Assembly (NCBI GenBank): GCA_965603825.1
Contig: CBFDEM010000022.1
Location: forward strand, 310,001 to 374,000
Length of the DNA: 64,000 bases
Origin: Blepharisma stoltei ATCC 30299
Lineage: Eukaryota; Protista; Ciliophora
Direction of reading: 5' to 3'
Shown here: positions 24,335 through 35,723 of the stretch, in pieces
Position numbering within the stretch: position 1 is the stretch's first letter
How the letters are laid out: the number at the start of each line of letters is the position of its first letter
Translations under genes and position numbers: made by a program
The notes under the pieces: generated by a model
Told to the model about the DNA's origin: nothing
Databases searched by the model: none
What the model saw: only the letters and a program-made list of their open reading frames with translations

Positions 24335-26149
24335 TTAAATTCTTTCTCCTTGGATATTGTCCCATTTTGAAATAAGCTGGCTTATAGTATCATTTACTTG
24401 GATGTTTGACTTCGCAAGAGCTCTTAATTCTTCTAGATCAATATTCTTCAACATCTCGTTCATATCCAGTTTCTTAGTCAAAAATTCGATTTTAGCTTTC
24501 AATTCTTGATTTTCCTGGGCTAAATGTTTGCTGTCCCTTACATCTTTTTCTATATCATTTATAAGGACCTTATTTCTATCTTCGAAAACTCTGATTTTGA
24601 ATTGTGTATCCTTTAAGTCACTTTCTAAATTCATTCCTTTTTGCTTCAATATTTTTACATCTTCTTCTAAGACTTCTGATTTTCCTTTAATTTCTGCTGT
24701 GTCATAAGTCAGTTGATTTTTTATTTCAATGAGTTCGTTATTTTCATTGATTTTTATTTTTAGGTTATCCATATGGTATTGAGAGTCTCTCCTTGCATCT
24801 TCTACATTTTGATTGGCTATACTTAGCTCTTTTTTTTCTCTTTCCTTTAATCTTTTAGTTAGCAATGCTTCTTGCTGAGTTTTTTCTCTTTCCATATCCA
24901 TTTTCATGTCTTCTACTTGATTCTGAAGATCTCGTTTATCAGCAGCAGCTTGTCTACAAGCTTTTTCTATCATTTGTTTGGTATGTTTAAGGGCTTTGAT
25001 TTTGTTAAGTAAATTATCTCTTTCTAATTCAACTTCTTGCTTCTGGTAATTCAAATACCCCAACCTATCTGACAAAAATGTCATTGTTGATTGATTTTTT
25101 AAGTCTTCTTCCAGTTTAAACTAAATATTTCTTACCAATCTGTCTTGAAGCTCTATAAGCTGCTTGTTTTTTTCTTCTATTAATTTATTATTAAAAATTT
25201 CAGCTTGAGCTACTTTATCTTCTAAAGCCTGGATTTGTGTAGCCTGCCTATCAAGCTTTATACGAGTTTCTGAAGCATAAGTTTTAGCTAAATCTCTCTC
25301 TTTTGTTGACTCACCGAGTTTTTTCGCGCTTTCTTCTTTTTGGAAGATTGTAGCTGTAATAGCTTTTCTATATTTTTCTCCATCAATATCAAAATGTTCT
25401 GTGTCTTCTCTAAGCTTAGCCTGTAATTCGCTTTTATCGTCAATTGCTCTATTTAAATTCGTTTGGAAAGCTTGATTTCGGCCCATGAGTTCACGGTTTT
25501 CATTTTGCAAAGAATCTATTTTAGCTTCTAAATCTTTTTGAATTTTTTGATACTTGCTTTTGAGCACGACCATATTTTCCGTCAAAGGGCCGGCTTCTAG
25601 CCCACCCATAAATTTCCCAGCCCTTTCTTTGCTTTGCTCCTTAGTAAGCTTGATCTCCATTTCCAAGTAATAGAGCTGCTGTTGAAGATTTTTTATGTAT
25701 TCTTCTTCAATAGGTTTCCCCGTTTCTTGAGGTTTATCGATAAATGTAGTTTTTTTGGTTTTTGTTGCTGAAAAGCCTTCAAGCTTCGGATCATTTGGAG
25801 GTGCTTTACGAACTGAAGGCTGAAGAGGAGGATTTTGCGGGGGTTTTATTTCTTTTGAAGAGCCTGTACGATTATAAGCATCAGGATAGCCTATTTGTTG
25901 AGACTGTAAATTTGGGTCATTTCTTGGCTGTCGGTCGTAGTTTTGGAAAGTTGATTGAGGATTATAGCGATCTTGAGATCTTGGGTTAAATAATTCTTTG
26001 GTAGATGTAGGGCGAGCATAAGGATCTGAAGGAGGAATTTGTTGGCCTTGAAGAGAGAGATCAGGGCCACGCTGTCTTTCGAAGCCTTGGAGAGTAGATT
26101 GAGAAGGGTTATAGCGATCTTGCCCTCGGTTACTATATCGGCTATCCAT
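24335..26149 (-). CDS. Long coiled-coil protein with duplicated N-terminal Q/P-rich motif; 15-nt intron 25121-25135
   Basis: Intron GTAAGAAATATTTAG joins ORFs 25121-26149 and 24335-25084 in frame; EEEYIKNLQQQLYYLEMEI. Confidence 0.8.
25121..25135 (-). other. 15-nt spliceosomal intron
   Basis: GTAAGAAATATTTAG on the minus strand. Confidence 0.85.
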
Positions 26150-26507
26150 AATTTAAATTGAGTAGAAGAAATAATAATTCTTTAAACTTAAAGAAAGTTT
26201 ATTAATATAGACTGAAAATTAACTACTGCTAGATCGATTTATTGTTTATGATTTTAATTAAACGGTAAAAAAATAGTTTTAAATAATCTCAGTTTGTTTT
26301 GCGTTTTGATTATTTTCAATTGAATGCTTCATATATTTTATGCTGAATTTTTCAGAATTTAGCCTGATCTTAATTTTTTAAAAAGCATAGTAGTTGCATA
26401 AGAGCTAATTAGTAAAAATAAATGGAAAATTTTATTGAAAACCATTCATATTTTTATAGTTATATAATGAATTTGCTGATGATCTAAATGTATGAATTTA
26501 ATTAAAA

Positions 26508-27830
26508 TTACCCACTAAAAGGCTCGACATATGACTTGCTTTTTTCATAAACCTCATCATATACTTTGATTAAATTTCTCCTAATTGTGTTATTGACATA
26601 ATTAATTTCGAACTCATTTTTTTCTTCATTGTAATCCTTAATCGCCATAAACCCATGATTGAATAAATGCAATTCCAAATTATTTGCATCAGTCAAAAAA
26701 AAATCTTTTTTTTGAAATACATGGTTTTTCCCCCATTTTTTATTCAAAGCTTCTTTAAAATATTCTTGGCTTAAAATCTCGAAATTCCCTGCAAATTCTT
26801 TAATAGGCATCCCATACACGAAATTCTGCTGTAGATAATCTTTCATATATTTAGGAAAACTAAGATTAATTTCAAAATCGTCAGGATTCCCTTTGCTTAA
26901 GTAATTTAAAAATCCTTGAGGATTATATAGTTCTTTATTTTCGCTAGTGAATCTATAACCTCCAAATGCACTTTTTATGAGACTTTTTATTTGATGTGGT
27001 AATAAAGTACTTTGAGACTCATAAAAATTAAGATAATCTCCGAAATTATTCTTTAATTCTTCGTCAGAAAACCCTAGAATTTGGCTGAAATTTGAATCTA
27101 AAGTGATGTCTTTAATTTGGATTTTTTCATGCAAATAAGTTCGAAATCCTATTAGAGAGGTGTTAGTTTTTACAAAAAATTTTATATTTTCCTCTTTTTC
27201 TTTTAAACTTGCTAAAATTTTAGTCAAAATTTCAATTAAATCATTCCTCTTTTTTTGATATTGAATTGTTTCTAAAGTAATTTTGTCAAAATTATCAATT
27301 AAGATAACGACAGGTCCTAGCTTGTCTTTTATGCCTTCTATAAGATTTCCAAACATTTCGTGCACAGGTAAATTTTTATTTAATTTTATTTGATAAGTTT
27401 CAGCTGATTTTTGAAGCAAATTTTTAATCATTTCTGTAAATATTGATACTGTTGCTGGCCGAAACGTGATCCCAAAGTCATAAAACAGTACTGGAGTTTT
27501 TTGGAATAATTCTGGTTTATTAAATATATAAGTTCCATTGAATAAGCTTTGATTTCCTTCAAAAATTTCTTTAATTGTTTTCAGTAATAAAGTTTTTCCA
27601 AAAGAATCAGGCCGGGAAATTGAATAGAATTTGCCACTTTGTATCATGCTAGCAATTAATGGAGTTTTATCAACATAGATATAGTTGCTTTGACTGAATC
27701 TAGAAAATTCATTGCAATTTATTGATATTCTTTTGATTGTCTTAAAATCTGTGCTAAATATTCTTGAATTTGTAGATGGAATGAGAAGGCTTGGATTTCT
27801 TGTGAATTTTTCAAAGGAATGCTTTAGCAT
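26508..27830 (-). CDS. Bacterial-type AAA-ATPase-like (PF09820) protein, degenerate, no PD-(D/E)XK nuclease, putative mitochondrial presequence
   Basis: YIYVDKT, SRPDSFGKTLLL, VVILIDNFDK, DITLD....ILGFS.EEL, GGYRF....LYNP, LF..GF.AIK....INYVN; intronless. Confidence 0.8.
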   Translation of the reverse strand: MLKHSFEKFTRNPSLLIPSTNSRIFSTDFKTIKRISINCNEFSRFSQSNYIYVDKTPLIASMIQSGKFYSISRPDSFGKTLLLKTIKEIFEGNQSLFNGTYIFNKPELFQKTPVLFYDFGITFRPATVSIFTEMIKNLLQKSAETYQIKLNKNLPVHEMFGNLIEGIKDKLGPVVILIDNFDKITLETIQYQKKRNDLIEILTKILASLKEKEENIKFFVKTNTSLIGFRTYLHEKIQIKDITLDSNFSQILGFSDEELKNNFGDYLNFYESQSTLLPHQIKSLIKSAFGGYRFTSENKELYNPQGFLNYLSKGNPDDFEINLSFPKYMKDYLQQNFVYGMPIKEFAGNFEILSQEYFKEALNKKWGKNHVFQKKDFFLTDANNLELHLFNHGFMAIKDYNEEKNEFEINYVNNTIRRNLIKVYDEVYEKSKSYVEPFSG

Positions 27831-28391
27831 ATTGAAAGAATGTAAGTATTTTATAATTATAAAACATGACAGATGATTTAAATATGTCGAAACTTATTTA
27901 TAGCCAAAACAGACATTTAAAAACATATATTCCGTTGTCTGTGAATGAAAAAAAAGTTCAAAAATCTTATATTTTAGGCTAGCAAATAAATATTAAGCTA
28001 CTTCAAATAAATTTTTGATCGCTTGCTAGGTTTTATAAATTAGATTAAAACTTGCTTCAAATTATTGCAAAATAGAAAAAAATTGCGCGCTCGTTCACAG
28101 AGGAGTGGAGTTTAGTTTCCTCAATATATTTATGAAATTAAAGTCGTTTTATTTAATAATTTTATTAAAATATTTAGGCTGGGTCCAATAAGCAATAAAT
28201 TGCGCTGGCAAGTATTCATAAAAGGCTTGATGAATTTCTTCTTGTTGAATCTTTTATAAGCAACTATATAAATATATTAATTTATATTATTAATAAAAAT
28301 TTAGACAATTATTTTGATGATAAGTAAGCTAAGCATGCTCATTATTTTACAAAAAATAGCTCCTAATAATTTCATATTGCTAAGATATATT

Positions 28392-30137
28392 ATGGGAGCC
28401 AATAATTCAGCAACATCAAAAGGAAGCAACAATAGCTCAGCAGATGTAAATATATTTAATCGTCCTCTCGCAAAATTCCAATCCGATATCATAGAAAAAT
28501 CCAAAACGAAAATAGTTATTCATAGCATAATCAGGGCGTTTTTAGTTAGAAAAAAAATCCAACCTTACTTAATCAAGATTAGAGCACGAAGAAATAGATT
28601 CCAGCAAATTATCCTTCAATCCCAAGTCAGAGGTTTTTTAACTAGAAAAATAACTACTCCAGGATTGATGAAAATGAAAAGAAGGAATAAATATACACAA
28701 GCTATTATCCAGTCACAAGTGCGAGGCTATTTAAAGAGAAAAGAAATTTTAAGGAAAATTAGGAGATTAAGGAAGAAAAAATTTAAAGCATTAGGATTCA
28801 GCTTACAAGGAATAGCAAAAAGTTATTTAATTCGCAAAAAAAATAATCAAGCAATAATGTGCTTAGCAAATGAGAAATTTAGGTTTTCTTTAGATATAAT
28901 AAAAGCAATTTGCAAAGCTCACTTGTTTAGAGAGTCCATAGAAGAAGCTATATATATATTTAGAGAAAAAAAGCACAATGCAATTGGAATTAGCTTGCAA
29001 ATACTGGGAAGAGGATTTTTAATAAGGAAAAAAGAAAAAAGGCATCTGCGAAAGATCACTAAAAAGAAGCTTTTTCATACATTAGCTGTCATAAAATCTA
29101 CTTGCAAAGCGCACTTAATAAGAAAATTTTTAGAGCCTTATATCCACCAACTCAAAAATAAAAAAAATAATGACCTTGGAATCATGCTTCAATCATTAGC
29201 AAAAGGATTTTTAATAAGAAAAAATACCAAAGCTCCGATTCAGCAATTAATTGAAGACAAACAAATTCATCCAAGACCATCCTATGATTTTTATAAAGGA
29301 AAAATCAAGGATCTAAAATCAAAAAAAATCAAAGAAATTGAAAAAAAGATAGGGAGACATAAAAAACTAGAATATTGTGGAAAGATTAAAGTTAATTTCA
29401 GAAAAGCTTTGGCTCTAGATGATTCTGTATATGAAGGACTTTGGGATCCCATAACCAACCAAAAGCATGGAATGGGCAAAGAATTTTTCAAAAATGGCAC
29501 ATTTTATTATGGATCATATAAGCATGGGCTATATAATGGAGAAGGAAGAATAATCTATAATAATGGAGATTATTATGAAGGAAAATTTAAACGGGGATTA
29601 TATAATGGCTATGGAATTCTAACGAAAATTAATGGAAGTGTTTATACTGGGGAATTTAAAGATGGGATAAAAAATGGCAAAGGCAATGAAATAATGCCAG
29701 ATGGTACAAGCTATGATGCTACTTATGAAAATGGTATAAGAAATGGTCCAGGCTCTTATAAATCCTATGATGGAAAATCATATCAAGGGGATTTTCTAAA
29801 CGATTTATTTCACGGTAAAGGAACATTTATATGGCCAGATGGGAAAGAGTATAGAGGAGATTGGCGTAAAGGAAAAATGCACGGAAAAGGAGAATTTATA
29901 TGAAGTGACGGAAGAAAATATGTAGGAGACTATTTTAATGATAAAAAACATGGCCTAGGTATTTTTGATTGGCCTGATGGCAAGAAATATGATGGAGAAT
30001 GAGTTAATGGCTTACAGCATGGAAATGGATATTATACCTTTTGGGATCCCAAAAGAAATATTTTCAAAACTCTTCAAGGTACTTGGGAAGAAGGAAAGCG
30101 AATTTCGTGGGCAGACTCTGCCAATACCAATAATTAA
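28392..30137 (+). CDS. IQ-repeat plus MORN-repeat protein
   Basis: About 8 IQ-like units ([12 protein letters not shown]) then many MORN units (Y.G.F..G..HG.G); W(TGA)SDG and GEW(TGA) fall at MORN Trp positions; TAA at 30135-30137. Confidence 0.88.
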
Positions 30138-30144
30138 TAATAAA

Positions 30145-30900
30145 ATGGAGGAAAGCACACTCTTTTGGTGAATATGAACTATTTTCGGATTAACAGGGCT
30201 TTTGGTGGTCCCAATCTTATTCGTCATTCCAGCTCCATACGGAAAGTTCACCAGAGAAGGCTGGGGACTTGCCCTGAGAAGCGATCTTAGTTGGTTTATT
30301 CAAGAATCTCCCTCGTTTTACGTCTTTCTTATTACAGCTATTTATTCACCGATAAGAGATACAACAACACTTATTTTAGGCCTATTATTTTTAATCCACT
30401 ATCTAAACCGAGTCTTTTTTTACCCTCTCCAAATGCGCGGCAAAGCCAAAACCACTGTGCTAACTGTAGTAATTTCCTCCTTATTTTTCACAGTCACAAA
30501 TGGATATCTTCAAGCAAGAGGACTATTTAAATTTGACCCAACCACAAATTCAATAGATAGCATTAGCTTTTGGGTAGGAGTTGTTGTATGGGAATTCGGC
30601 TTTATTATGAATTTACAAAGTGATCAAATTTTGAGAGATTTAAGAAAGCCTGGGGATATTGGATATAAAATTCCTTATGGAGGACTATTTGGATATGTGA
30701 GTGCTGCAAATTATTTTTCAGAAACAATCGAACACTTAGGATGGGCTATTGCGTGTGGCAATAAAACTGCATGGATTTTTGTGATGTGGACTATCGCTAA
30801 TTTAGGGCCAAGAGCGATGTCCCAGCACAAGTATTATTTGCAGAACTTCAAAGAATACGCAAGACTTAATAGAAAAGCCTACATACCCTTTATATTTTAA
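30145..30900 (+). CDS. SRD5A: 3-oxo-5-alpha-steroid 4-dehydrogenase (steroid 5-alpha-reductase family)
   Basis: APYGK, WFIQESPS, HY.NR, NGYLQ, SD.IL..LRKPG..GYKIPYGGLF.YVS.ANYF.E, NLGPRA..QH..Y, RKA.IPF; ATG 30145 in frame via two TGA. Confidence 0.93.
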
Positions 30901-31004
30901 CATTAATCAGGGTAAACATAACTATTTCTTTCTAATTCACTATATAAAACTCCTACTACCCATATATTAAGCTTAATGATTTGCTCAACCTAAAGTTAAA
31001 TATC

Positions 31005-31490
31005 TTAATCGATATAGTCTCCCCATTTTTCTCCATCGATTTCTTCATCAACTTTAAAGCAGATATATTCCCAGAACTCATTTGATTTCTTGTTGAGTGA
31101 AATTAAATCAATCATGGAGTTAAACCCATAGTTTGAGCTGAGTAGATAAGCAATGTCCTTTGCAGAGACCACTGGATTTCCAAGGACTGGGTCGAGTGGG
31201 ATGTTATTCTTGACATATTCATCAGCTTCTGCCATAATTTTATCCTGGTTGATTTTCTTTTGAGGGTCCTCTGGGCGAGATTTGTACCACTTGTAGATTG
31301 GGTAGAGCAAGAAAATACCGAAATAGCGAGCGTTCCCTGTATGTCTGCAGAGTCTCAAATAGAATTCTTTAAGTGGGTTGTACCTGCCTAGGGACTCAAG
31401 GCCGTATTTCCTTTCGTTGAAATCTAGATTAAGTCTGCGTCTGATTCTCCAACGATCTGCTGGCTTAGGAGCGTAGGTCCAAAAAGTCAT
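31005..31490 (-). CDS. Hypothetical single-TM protein, probably highly expressed
   Basis: Intact ORF, GC3-rich, five Trp all TGG, one hydrophobic segment (YFGIFLLYPIY). Confidence 0.7.
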   Translation of the reverse strand: MTFWTYAPKPADRWRIRRRLNLDFNERKYGLESLGRYNPLKEFYLRLCRHTGNARYFGIFLLYPIYKWYKSRPEDPQKKINQDKIMAEADEYVKNNIPLDPVLGNPVVSAKDIAYLLSSNYGFNSMIDLISLNKKSNEFWEYICFKVDEEIDGEKWGDYID

Positions 31491-31622
31491 ATTTATTATA
31501 ATCAATGGATTTCTTTGAAAGGGTCGAGGTGAAAGCAAATAAATGGATAAATGTATTTAAAAATCAAAATTTATTTATAAGAAATGGAAACTATAAGGTT
31601 ATTAGTTATTAGAATACATTTT

Positions 31623-34142
31623 TTATTTAATTATTTCGAATTTATTATATATTTGATTAAGAAGATCTTTTGTTTTGCCTTTGTCTAGCAGTTCTTTTAA
31701 TTTTTTATGTGCCCAGGAGAAAAGATTGAGGACTTCTTGAATATTGTAAGAAGTCCTTGTGACATTTGTGTTTGTAGCTGGATCTCTTGTAACGACAGCT
31801 TCAAAATTGTCATGTGGGAGTTCAAAAAATGGGTTTGGGTTGTCTATATAAATTCCCATAGTTTTGGGATTAAATTCAGTACCATAAAATTTCAGAAAAC
31901 TTATTAGAAGCTCTCCAAGATTTTCTGGATACTCATTCAAACTAATAACTCTGGCTACAATTCATAACAAAAGCGCATATGATCCTAACCCTCCTAAATA
32001 AGCTGAATTTAAATTGTGGACTTGCAGGAGATTTTTTAAAACGAGTGCTAAATATTGCAAATTTTTATATTTTTGTAGTAATTCTTTAGTAAGTGCCAAA
32101 GTTTTCAAACCTAAATGTCGGCCTGGTCTCAGGTCATCTGAATCATCTATAGTGATATCAACTTTTAAAGGCTCAATATTTGAGTCTATTTCTAACTTAA
32201 CTACAGGAACTGTCGCTGAGTCAATTACTTGGCAGCTCCTTACCCATTTGCAATTCTCTAAGAATCCGCCAATTTCTTGGCAGATCACTCTCATACCCTC
32301 TCGGTCTGCAATGCCGCTCCTCATAATTGCGATATCGAGGTCGCTGTTTTCTAATGCTAAGCCACTAGCATGGGATCCATATATTTCTATATAAGCTCCT
32401 GGGTGTAAAACTTTGACGAGCTCTTCTAATTTATCAATGGTGATTTTTATTTCGGGGAATCTGGAGCTTGCTTTTCTAACCATTTCACTTCCAAATTGTA
32501 GGATTTCGTGATGCAAAAAATAGCTTGGATCACTTGCATGAAGAGATTGAACGGACAAAGGAGGAAATTCATCTATATGTGGTGGCTGAGTTTTTATATT
32601 GGCTGTCACAGTCTGTCATTGAATTTGCACTTTATTTTGCTCTTTATTTATCCCTTTTGCATCTTTATTGTGATTGTTTGCCCTTGGCTTTTTTGGGTCG
32701 ATTCTTTTATTGCTTCTTATTTTTCTTTTATTTTTGACAGGTGTTTTTGGAGCCCTTTTTTGTACTTCTACAGTAGTAAAATCTCCATTTTCATCATTTT
32801 CATGTGTTTCAACAACAGTTTTATCCTCTTCTACATCTAAATTCTTATAAACTCCAGTCATAATATTTCCCATTAACTCATTAACAAAAGCTTCTTCTTC
32901 AACTTTTTGTTCTGTTTCATTTTTTTCTTCAACTTTTTGAATTTTTGGCTTTTTTTTCTTCTTCTTTTTCTTTTTGTCTTGATTTTTTTGATTTTTTTTG
33001 GAAAGTTCATCTGAGAGCAAGTCTTCGATTTTTCTCTCAGCATAAGCTTCACTGATTTTTGTCAGGATTTTTCTAGTCACATAGTCAAAAGCTGTTGTTA
33101 CTCGATCCAGAGGGGATAATGATAAAAAATCGATAAGCTTTTCAGGAGGAGAGGTTTGAAAAACATCAAAGATTGATTCTACACTTTGATTATTCATTTG
33201 GTAAAACTGAATTCTCTCTGATGAGAGCTGTTTTCCTGGACCTAAATGCTGACCATAAAATATCATTGGTCTAGCTGCTGGCTGCTTAAGATCATTAAAA
33301 GAAATTTTGTTCAAATTAGACCTTTCTTGCTTTTCTTGCTGAAATATCCTTGTAACTTCTTCAATGCTTCCTATAATATTGAATCTCTGCAAATCTGAAA
33401 GGCTAGTCCAAAACTGCCTAAGTCCATTGCCTATTGCTCCTGACTCGCTTTCTTCTACTTGATAATGCATAATCTCTCCATGCCTCCTTGGATCAATTTT
33501 ATTATACAGCCAATATTTTGACCAGAGTGCCCTTTCAATCCCTGCAATTGCCCAAGCAGAAAGTGGCTTGAATTTTGAGTCTTGTCCTAATCATGCTGGA
33601 TATTCCCAGTATCACTTTTTAAACTGTTGGTCTCACAAAACTCGACAAGGAGCCTTAAATACTTTTTCATTTGTAATTTTAAGGATAGATTCTAAGAAAT
33701 TAGAATAATCATCATTAACTTCAGTATCAATGGCGATTGTATCCCAATTCTCTTCTGTGTCAGCTAATCGGATTATTTTTTCAATGTATTTTTCTGCAAT
33801 GAAATTTTGGTTATCTGGTGAGATGTCTTTGAGATTTTTTTTACGCCAATAGAAATTTTCATCCAAAGCATCATCTGGTAAGCGATTTTCTTGGTTTGCC
33901 TTTATTAATAGGCCGAATTCCATTTCGCCAGAATAAATCTTCTTGATGAACATTTGCCTTATGAAAGATGCAAGGTTGGGGTTATGAGCGTAAAGCACCT
34001 TCTTCTTCATTGATGGGGTCAATGATTGAAATCATGGAAGTATTGCATTTGAGTGGCTTTCATCATCAATTTCAGGCTTTGAATATAAGCTGAGTTCATA
34101 AATTGGGCTTCGCTTGAGCTTTTTCTTCTTAGTGGGATTCAT
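31623..34142 (-). CDS. Non-canonical poly(A) polymerase / terminal nucleotidyltransferase (Trf4/PAPD5-type catalytic domain, long N-terminus)
   Basis: YGSHASGLALENSDLDI, ATVPVVKL, KVDIT, GGLGSYAL, LG.LL..FLKFYG..F, DP....NV.R; four ORFs in one frame via TGA. Confidence 0.88.
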
Positions 34143-34508
34143 TGAAATAAATATTGAAATTATTGAAAATTCTATTAATATTTATTATTGTTAAAGATTC
34201 TATTGTCATATTTGAATTATTTTCTTGCTGTCTATATTTATATCTCTATGCTTCTTAATTTATAAAATTAATTGAGTTACTTGATTAATTAATAAGGTCC
34301 TATATTTTTTGGAAGTTTCTCACAAAATTGGTTTCAGCCAATAAGCGTTAATGAATTAATTTTATATGCAAGAATAATTACTTTTTGTATATTTATTATT
34401 TATTTTAAAATTAATTATAAGAATAAATTTATTTTATATATAATTTAAATATATTGAGCTTAGCATTATATTAAAAGACTGAAACATAATTATAGTATTT
34501 AGCATAAA

Positions 34509-35546
34509 CTATGCGAAACTGTTTAGTCTTGGTTTTTTCGTAGACACAAGCACCTTATCAACATCAAAGCTATTTTCTTCTCTTGGTAACGGAGATACGT
34601 CAAAAATATCACAAACCCATTTATCGGGACTTGAAGGACTCATCAGTTCCTCAACATGCTCAGCTGGAACTTCTACTTGATCTTGGCATGGGGATGCTAA
34701 ATATCTTCAAGTATTAACAACATCAGGCAAGACAGGTGCATCTTCTTCAGTTTCTTCCACAAAATTATAGCGACTTCCTTCTTGCTCTACATCTCCTCTT
34801 GAGTAAATTCTTTGTCTAGTTAATTTAACTGGTGTCAAGTTTATCGATTCACTTGCAGCCCTTTCTCTAATAACTCTGGCTATCGGTAATTTATAATTTC
34901 CATCAGGTGGGAAAATTCTTACACCAAGGCTATCAAATTTTGCGTCTTTGGGCTGGATATGCCTATTCTGAGGCATGCTATCTCTAGCTAATGTATCATA
35001 GTCCGGGGCTAATTTATGTAAATATAAACAATCTGGCTTGGAACACACTCTACCTCTAAGAAAATAGGTGCAATATTTTGTTGTCCCATAAGTAGCGCTT
35101 AATTTTTTGCCATCTAGCTCATAGCCATTGCAGGCTTTAATGCAGGTTGCAGCTTCTTCATCTAAGTTATACGTGATGTGGACTCCAAAACTAGGACCGT
35201 TAGGAGAATTTGTGTAAGCAGTCCCTTTGTTAATTACGCATTTCTTAATTGCTCCATACTGACCAAAATATTCTTGACTCCTAAGCAACTCTTCATCAGC
35301 TGTTGCAACTGGAAGGTTGATAATATATACTAGGTTGCTTTGTATAACACGTGCTTTTGCCATCTCCTCTATATCTTGAAGAGGAATTTTTGGAGGAATT
35401 CTTGCCCTGCATAAGACTTACAATTTATCTGGTGTAAGAGTGATAGGAATCTTATGTGGAGAAGAACTTGGAGGGTTCTCAGTCTTTTTGGGCGATATTG
35501 TGATAGGCGTGATGTTGAGATTTCGAGTTTTTCTTAGTGGTTCCAT
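34509..35546 (-). CDS. NOT4: NOT4/CNOT4-like RRM + C3H1 protein lacking the N-terminal RING; 15-nt intron 35407-35421
   Basis: RVIQSNLVYIINL, EYFGQYG.I.K, ATYGTTKYCTYFLRG..C.KPDCLYLH. Confidence 0.82.
35407..35421 (-). other. 15-nt spliceosomal intron
   Basis: GTAAGTCTTATGCAG on the minus strand. Confidence 0.8.
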
Positions 35547-35723
35547 CAAATATTTTTAACTAATAGACAATAAAGCTTATTCATTAAAATTTTTCCCACA
35601 ATTTTAATAAGAAAATATCCTAAAGCTTGAAGATTGTTTTGATAATAGTTTTGGCGAACATTTACTGAGGTTTGCATTTCAAAATGGAAATAGAAAGACT
35701 AAAATAACTAGCTTATTAGAAAA

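Noticed and set aside
28081-28125. GC-rich patch with a possible GAGGA/TCCTC hairpin
   Set aside because: Only a 5-bp stem; no tRNA or snoRNA hallmarks
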